The translations under genes were made by a program, and so were the position numbers. 64,000 nt of DNA, from contig CAZUAT010000005.1 in assembly GCA_964618415.1 (NCBI GenBank), forward strand, positions 49-64,048, read 5' to 3'. Each line of letters begins with the position of its first letter. Within the stretch, counting starts at the first letter, position 1. Below are positions 59,156-64,000 of this stretch, one piece after another. The notes below the pieces were generated by a model. The model saw only the letters and a program-made list of their open reading frames with translations. It made no database searches and was not told the origin of the DNA. The stretch comes from an uncultured Thermoanaerobaculia bacterium. GTDB taxonomy: Bacteria > Acidobacteriota > Thermoanaerobaculia > Multivoradales > JAGPDF01.

Positions 59156-59896
59156 TCAGCGCATCACCAGCCCGCCGTCCACGGCGACGGTCTGTCCGGT
59201 TACGTACGAGGCCTCCTCGGAGGCCAGAAACGCGATCACGGCCGCCACTTCCTCCGGCCGGCCCACCCGTCGCAGCGGCACGCCCTCGAGATAGCTCGCC
59301 AGTTTCTCCGCCGGCAGACCGGACAGCAGGTCGGTGTCGACGAACCCGGGTGCCACCGCGTTCACCGTGACGCCAAAGCTGGCGGCCTCGCGGGCGAGCG
59401 CCCGGCAGAATGCGATCAGACCGCCCTTGGCGGCGCTGTAGTGCGTCTGTCCCACCTGGCCGACCAGACCGCTGGCACTCGCCACCGCGACGATCCTGCC
59501 CCAGCGCGCCGCGTACATCCCCTTGACCAGCCGGCGCGCGACACGGAAGGCGGCGCTCAGGTTGACGTCGACGATCGCATCCCAGTCCTCGTCGCGCAGG
59601 AACGGCAGCAGACCGTCCCGGATCGATCCGGCGTTGAGGACCAGCACCTGGACCGGTCCGAGTTCGGCCACCACCAGATCGAGCGTGTCGTCAGTGGCCC
59701 GGCGATCGGTCAGATCGACGCAGTAGGCCCGCCCGCCGATCTCCTCCGCCAGGCTCGCCGCGGCCTCGGCCTGTTGCAGGTAGGTCACCGCCACCCGGTA
59801 CCCGGCCCTCGCCAGGCGCCGGGCGGTGGCTGCGCCGATCCCGCTGCTGGCGCCGGTCACCAGGGCCACCCGGCCGGCCGGAGGTTGCGCCGTCAT
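59156..59896 (-). CDS. 3-oxoacyl-ACP reductase-like SDR (FabG family)
   Basis: ALVTGASSGIGAA, NAG, YSAAKGG, and the C-terminal ASYVTGQT..VDGG. The start is the Met at 59896. Confidence 0.85.
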   Translation of the reverse strand: MTAQPPAGRVALVTGASSGIGAATARRLARAGYRVAVTYLQQAEAAASLAEEIGGRAYCVDLTDRRATDDTLDLVVAELGPVQVLVLNAGSIRDGLLPFLRDEDWDAIVDVNLSAAFRVARRLVKGMYAARWGRIVAVASASGLVGQVGQTHYSAAKGGLIAFCRALAREAASFGVTVNAVAPGFVDTDLLSGLPAEKLASYLEGVPLRRVGRPEEVAAVIAFLASEEASYVTGQTVAVDGGLVMR

Positions 59897-60822
59897 GGAC
59901 GGCCTCCGAGCGGGAGCGGGTGCATCCCGTAGTCCGGCGCCTCGAGCGGCGCCGTGGGCAATTCGCTCGTCGCCTGGATCGACTCTTCGTACCAGCTGGC
60001 CAGCGGGGCCGTCGGCCGCCCTCCAAGCAGGCGGATGAACCGCTCCCGGTAACCCCGCCGTCCGGCCTCGTGAAAGAAGCGCGCCAGGCCGGTATAGAGA
60101 CCGGGCAGCGGGCGGTCGACCAGCTCCCAAGGGTGCACCACCAGGACCGCCGGACGATCGCCGGCCAGCGCCCCCGCCAGCCAGGACGGCGGGGCGAGGC
60201 GGCCGCACCAGCCGCCGGCCGGCAGCCCGAGCGGGCCGCCCCAGACCAGCGGCGGCAGTTCGAGCAGCTGCAGTCCGTCGGACCAGCTCACCCAGGTCGG
60301 CTGACGCGGATTGCGCGCCCGACCGGCGCCGGGCGACGGGGCGAGCGAGCTGTCGTACTGGAAGCCGAGCTCGGCAACCACGCGCAGGCGCGGGTTGGCG
60401 GCGTGGCGCAGCGACCACTCCGGCGCCCGAAAGCCCGTCACCGCCGTGCCGACGATCTGCTCCAGCGTCGCCCGCGCCCGCCTCAGGTCGGCGCGGAACC
60501 CCTCCACCGACCGGTCATCGGCGCGCAGATGCAGGAAGCCGTGACAGGCCACCTCGTGACCGGCGGCGGCGATCTCGCGGATCCGCTCCGGCAGCCGCTC
60601 GGCCACCTCCCCGAGCACGAAGAAGGTGGCGCGGAGGCCGAGCCGGTCGAACAGCTCGAGCTGCTCGGGCAGCAGCCGGTCGAGTTCCTCGACCAGAGGC
60701 GGCCGGAGCGCCGGTCGCACGTACTCCCGCACCCAGCACGAGTGGTACCACTCCTCGACGTCGACGGTCAGCGCGATGCCGGTCCGGCCGGGCGCGCAGT
60801 CCAGCTCAGGCCGGCTCGTCAC
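59893..60822 (-). CDS. Polysaccharide deacetylase family protein (NodB fold with a DUF3473-like tail); start uncertain (GTG 60822 or 60906)
   Basis: LTVDVEEWYH..., ATFFVLGEVAERLPE.IREIAAAGHEVACHG..H, and TGFRAPEWS are NodB-homology motifs. Confidence 0.75.
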   Translation of the reverse strand: MTSRPELDCAPGRTGIALTVDVEEWYHSCWVREYVRPALRPPLVEELDRLLPEQLELFDRLGLRATFFVLGEVAERLPERIREIAAAGHEVACHGFLHLRADDRSVEGFRADLRRARATLEQIVGTAVTGFRAPEWSLRHAANPRLRVVAELGFQYDSSLAPSPGAGRARNPRQPTWVSWSDGLQLLELPPLVWGGPLGLPAGGWCGRLAPPSWLAGALAGDRPAVLVVHPWELVDRPLPGLYTGLARFFHEAGRRGYRERFIRLLGGRPTAPLASWYEESIQATSELPTAPLEAPDYGMHPLPLGGRP

Positions 60823-61522
60823 GGTCGTCGAAGACTTTGAAGTAGATCGCCGCACAGGAGATCCGGAAGGTGTCCCGGAACGGTCGGAAGTGACTTCCGC
60901 CGTCATTGTAGATCGTGCGCACCCGTACGTGCTCGAGGCTCGCCCCGAGCCGGGTCGCCCGGATCAGCATCTCCGACTCGATCGCGTAGCCGTCCGACGC
61001 GAGACGCATTCGGCGCAGCAGGGGCGCCGACAGGAGGCGGTAGCCGGACTGCGAGTCGAGCAGTTCGCGCCCCGTCATCCGCGACAGGATGCGCGAGCCG
61101 ATGTAGTTGGTCCAGTAGCGCGCACCGGGGATTGCCGCCGCGTCTTCGAGCCGCACGCCGATTACCAGGTCGGGGCGGCGGGTGCGCCAGGCCTCCAGGA
61201 AGGCCGGCAGGTCCTCGGGGTCGTGCTGCCCGTCGGCGTCGAGCAGCAGCAGCGCCTCCGCGCCTCCTGCCAGCCCGCGCGCGATTCCCTGGCGGAGCGC
61301 GAACCCCTTGCCCCGGTTGCGATCGAGTCGGATCACCTCGGCTCCGGCGTCCGACGCCGCGCTGCCCGTGCGGTCGGTCGAGCCGTCGTCGACCACCACC
61401 ACCCGCGCGACGTGCCGGCGGATGCCACGGACGACTTCGCCGACGGTGCGCTCGCACTGGTAGGCCGGCACGACGGCGCAGAGATCGGGCGAGGTCACGG
61501 CGAGCCCGGCGTTATAGCACAA
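60806..61522 (-). CDS. Family 2 glycosyltransferase (polyprenol-phosphate sugar transferase-like)
   Basis: VVPAYQCE..., VVVDDGSTDRT, NRGKG.AL..G, and the DADGQHDP motif. Confidence 0.8.
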   Translation of the reverse strand: MCYNAGLAVTSPDLCAVVPAYQCERTVGEVVRGIRRHVARVVVVDDGSTDRTGSAASDAGAEVIRLDRNRGKGFALRQGIARGLAGGAEALLLLDADGQHDPEDLPAFLEAWRTRRPDLVIGVRLEDAAAIPGARYWTNYIGSRILSRMTGRELLDSQSGYRLLSAPLLRRMRLASDGYAIESEMLIRATRLGASLEHVRVRTIYNDGGSHFRPFRDTFRISCAAIYFKVFDDRDEPA

Positions 61523-61580
61523 GCCCCGCGACGGCCACGACCTCTTGTCTTGTCCCGAGCGCTCGTGACAGTCTTCACAG

Positions 61581-61973
61581 GTGCCTCAGACCTACGTTCC
61601 GGTCCTCTACGCGCTCGCCGTTGCGGTCCTGCTCGGGACGGTCCTGATCGCGCTCTCCTGGGCGGCCGGCCTGAAGACCGGCGGCCGGATCAAGTACTCC
61701 ACGTACGAGTCGGGCATGCCGCTGCTCGACCGGTCGCGCAAGCGGCTGTCGATCGCCTTCTTCCTGGTCGCGATCGACTTCGTAGTGTTCGACGTCGAAG
61801 CTGCCTTCCTCTACCCGCTCGCCACCGTGCTGCGCGACGGCGGCATGCCGCTGCTGGCGGCAGCCATGGTGTTCGTCGGCCTGATCGTGGCGGGGTACGC
61901 CTATGTCTGGAAGAAGGGCGGACTGGAACTGTCGACCCGCGTGCCCGGACCGACGGAGGTCCGCCGGCCATGA
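61581..61973 (+). CDS. nuoA: NADH-quinone oxidoreductase subunit A
   Basis: YESGMP.........SI.FFLVAIDFVVFDVEAAFLYP; three TM helices. Confidence 0.9.
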   Translation: MPQTYVPVLYALAVAVLLGTVLIALSWAAGLKTGGRIKYSTYESGMPLLDRSRKRLSIAFFLVAIDFVVFDVEAAFLYPLATVLRDGGMPLLAAAMVFVGLIVAGYAYVWKKGGLELSTRVPGPTEVRRP

Positions 61974-62464
61974 GCGCGCCGCCGGACACCCCGTTTCAGC
62001 TCCCCGCCGACGTCGTCGCCAGAATCGACTCGCTGCGCTCCCGCTATCCGACCGAGGAGGCGCTGGTCCTGCCGGCGCTCCACCTGGCCCAGCAGGCGGC
62101 GGGCGGCTGGCTCCCCCACGAGGCGGTGGCGGCGGTTGCCGACCTGCTCCACCTGCCAGCGTCGAAGGTGGCCGGCGTCGTCTCCTTCTACGACATGTTC
62201 CATGAGCACCCGGTCGGGCGACACCGGATCCGGCTGTGCACCAACCTGTCCTGCCAGCTGCGCGGCGCCGAGGAGCTGGCGGCGCTGCTGCGCCAGGAGC
62301 TCGGCGTCGACGCCGACGAGGTGACCGCCGACGGGCGTTGCTCGTGGGTCGAGTTCGAGTGCCTCGGCTCGTGCGACACGGCGCCGATGGCCATGATCGA
62401 CGACGACTACCACGAGAACCTCACCCCCGACCGGCTGCTGCAGGTCGTCCGGAAGCTCGACTGA
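61970..62464 (+). CDS. nuoE: NADH-quinone oxidoreductase subunit E (24-kDa, 2Fe-2S)
   Basis: LP.LHLAQ...GW......A.A..L......V.GV.SFY.MF...P.G.H.I..C.N.SC.L.G...........CLG.CD.AP. ATGA overlap with nuoA. Confidence 0.9.
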   Translation: MSAPPDTPFQLPADVVARIDSLRSRYPTEEALVLPALHLAQQAAGGWLPHEAVAAVADLLHLPASKVAGVVSFYDMFHEHPVGRHRIRLCTNLSCQLRGAEELAALLRQELGVDADEVTADGRCSWVEFECLGSCDTAPMAMIDDDYHENLTPDRLLQVVRKLD

Positions 62465-62465
62465 C

Positions 62466-63764
62466 ATGGCCACCGAACGCGTATTGACCGTCAACGTCGG
62501 ACGCCCCGAGGCGCGCACGGTGCGCGGCTACCGCGAGTCCGGCGGCTACGAGGCGATCGTCCGCGCGCTGCGCATGCAGCCGGAGGAGGTCGTCGAAGAG
62601 GTCAAGAAGTCGGGCCTGCGCGGTCGCGGCGGCGCCGGCTTCCCGTGCGGCATGAAGTGGAGCTTCGTGCCGCGCAATCATCCGGGTCCGAAGTACATCG
62701 TCTGCAACGCTGACGAGTCGGAGCCCGGAACGTTCAAAGACCGCCTGCTCATGGAGCACGACCCGCATCAGCTGATCGAGGGCTGCATCATTGCCGGCTG
62801 GGCGGTCGGCGCCAACACGACCTACATCTACATCCGCGGTGAGTACACCCACGCCGCGCGCGTGCTCGAGGAGGCGATTCGCGACGCCTACGACAGCGGG
62901 ATTCTGGGCGCCAGCGTGCTCGGCTCCGGCTTCCGGCACGACGTCCACGTCCACCGGGGGGCCGGCGCCTACATCTGTGGCGAGGAGACCGGGCTGCTCG
63001 AGTCGCTCGAGGGCAAGCGAGGCCAGCCGCGCGTCAAGCCGCCCTTCCCCGCCGTCGTCGGCGCATTTGGCTGTCCGACCGTGATCAACAACGTCGAAAC
63101 GCTGTGCTGCGCGGTGCACATTCTCAAGCGCGGCGCTGACTGGTTCCGGTCGATCGGCACCGATGAGCGCAACACCGGCCCGAAGCTGTACGCCATCTCC
63201 GGCCACGTGGAAAGGCCCGGCACTTACGAGCTGCCGCTCGGCGTGACCTTCCAGCAGCTCCTCGACGCGTGCGGCGGCATGTACCGCGGCCGGGCGCTCA
63301 AGGCGTTCATCCCGGGCGGCGCCTCGGCGCCGATGATGACGGCAGCCGACGCGGAGATCCGCATGGATTTCGACACGCTCGCCAAGGCCGGCAGCATGCT
63401 CGGCTCGGCGGCGGTGATCGTGATGGACGAGACGACGTGCATCGTCCGCGCGACTCTCCGGCTGGCCCGCTTCTTCGCCCACGAATCGTGTGGACAGTGC
63501 ACGCCATGCCGCGAAGGAACCAACTGGATGCGGATCCTGCTGGAGCGGATCGAACGGGGCGAGGGTAGCGAGGGCGACCTCGACCTGCTCGCCAGCGTCG
63601 TCCCGAACGTGGGCGGCATCTCCCTGTGCGCGCTCGGCGATGCGTCACAGGGTCCCGTGCGATCGATGATCGCCCGCTTCGGCGACGAAATCCGCGACAA
63701 CATCCGCAATCGCCGCTACCCGCTGCCCCGCAAGCCGTTCTTCGATTTCGGAGCCGCTGCCTGA
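62466..63764 (+). CDS. nuoF: NADH-quinone oxidoreductase subunit F (51-kDa, FMN/NADH site)
   Basis: SGLRGRGGAGFP.G.KW, CNADESEPGTFKDR, GAGAYICGEETGLLESLEG, and ESCGQCTPCREG. Confidence 0.95.
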   Translation: MATERVLTVNVGRPEARTVRGYRESGGYEAIVRALRMQPEEVVEEVKKSGLRGRGGAGFPCGMKWSFVPRNHPGPKYIVCNADESEPGTFKDRLLMEHDPHQLIEGCIIAGWAVGANTTYIYIRGEYTHAARVLEEAIRDAYDSGILGASVLGSGFRHDVHVHRGAGAYICGEETGLLESLEGKRGQPRVKPPFPAVVGAFGCPTVINNVETLCCAVHILKRGADWFRSIGTDERNTGPKLYAISGHVERPGTYELPLGVTFQQLLDACGGMYRGRALKAFIPGGASAPMMTAADAEIRMDFDTLAKAGSMLGSAAVIVMDETTCIVRATLRLARFFAHESCGQCTPCREGTNWMRILLERIERGEGSEGDLDLLASVVPNVGGISLCALGDASQGPVRSMIARFGDEIRDNIRNRRYPLPRKPFFDFGAAA

Positions 63765-64000
63765 TGCCTACCGTCACGATCGACGATCGCACCGTCGAGG
63801 TGCCGGCCGGCACCAATCTGGTCGACGCCGCCCAGCTCGTCGGCGTGCAGATCCCGCACTACTGCTACCACCCGCGTCTGTCGGTCGTCGGCCAGTGCCG
63901 GATGTGCATGGTCGAAGTGCAGGGCATGCCCAAGCTCCAAGCCGCCTGCTCGACGCAGGTGGTCAAGGACGGCATGGTAGTGCGCACCAACTCCGAGGCC
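63764..64000 (+). CDS. nuoG: NADH-quinone oxidoreductase subunit G, N-terminal part (3' end outside the window)
   Basis: MPTVTIDDRTVEVPAGTNLVDAA...IPHYCYHPRLS..G.CRMC.VEV......AC is the 2Fe-2S ferredoxin-type N-terminus. ATGA-type overlap with nuoF. Confidence 0.85.
   Translation, partial: MPTVTIDDRTVEVPAGTNLVDAAQLVGVQIPHYCYHPRLSVVGQCRMCMVEVQGMPKLQAACSTQVVKDGMVVRTNSEA

Overview
This is a 64-kb chromosomal window from a high-GC diderm bacterium. G+C is roughly 68-70% by eye and was not computed. Lpt, Tol-Pal, TolC and Nuo genes are all present. The phylum cannot be fixed from sequence alone; the gene content (CarD, PolX, HprK-type regulatory PTS behind rpoN, fulvocin-like gene) would fit an Acidobacteriota- or Myxococcota-like lineage.

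About 70 genes are called, nearly all housekeeping and tightly packed, many with 4-nt ATGA/GTGA overlaps. In order they are:
- coaBC (partial), UDG family 4, pepA, and two Dpp/Opp-type ABC ATPases
- a TolC / Yip1-like / MacA / MacB efflux cluster and tRNA-Leu(CAA)
- carD, a TPR protein, priA, accA, recJ
- an lptC/lptA-like gene, then lptB-rpoN-hpf-hprK-rapZ-EIIA(Man)-ptsH-ptsI
- a cupin, a lipoprotein, miaB
- a low-GC two-gene islet, then parB-parA
- a DUF151 nuclease, queD, a fused lptF/lptG gene, polX, metK, a DUF84-like NTPase, a TrmH-family methyltransferase, a sulfatase-like lipoprotein
- etfBA, then tolQ-tolR-tolA-like-tolB-pal-cpoB, rpsT
- lptE-leuS-transglutaminase-like-nusB-ribH (minus strand), an SDR, tRNA-Pro(GGG), a MerR regulator, der, a lipoprotein, tRNA-Leu(CAG)
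- a GT2 / deacetylase / FabG-like / ACP / hotdog cluster, and nuoA-nuoE-nuoF-nuoG (partial)

I saw no CRISPR array, rRNA, transposase or integrase.

The only clearly accessory-looking DNA is 29.1-30.8 kb. It holds a Sec-secreted, 10-cysteine fulvocin-C-like bacteriocin precursor and a secreted coiled-coil partner. A short repeat family (CGGCTGGCRCC) surrounds it and recurs in inverted orientation upstream of parA. This is my best candidate for an uncharacterised system.

Secondary oddities are single-polypeptide LptC/A-like and LptF/G proteins, nuoA coupled directly to nuoE with no nuoBCD, and an ACP-dependent cluster without a ketosynthase. The many long antisense ORFs in the six-frame track are GC-driven shadow ORFs.
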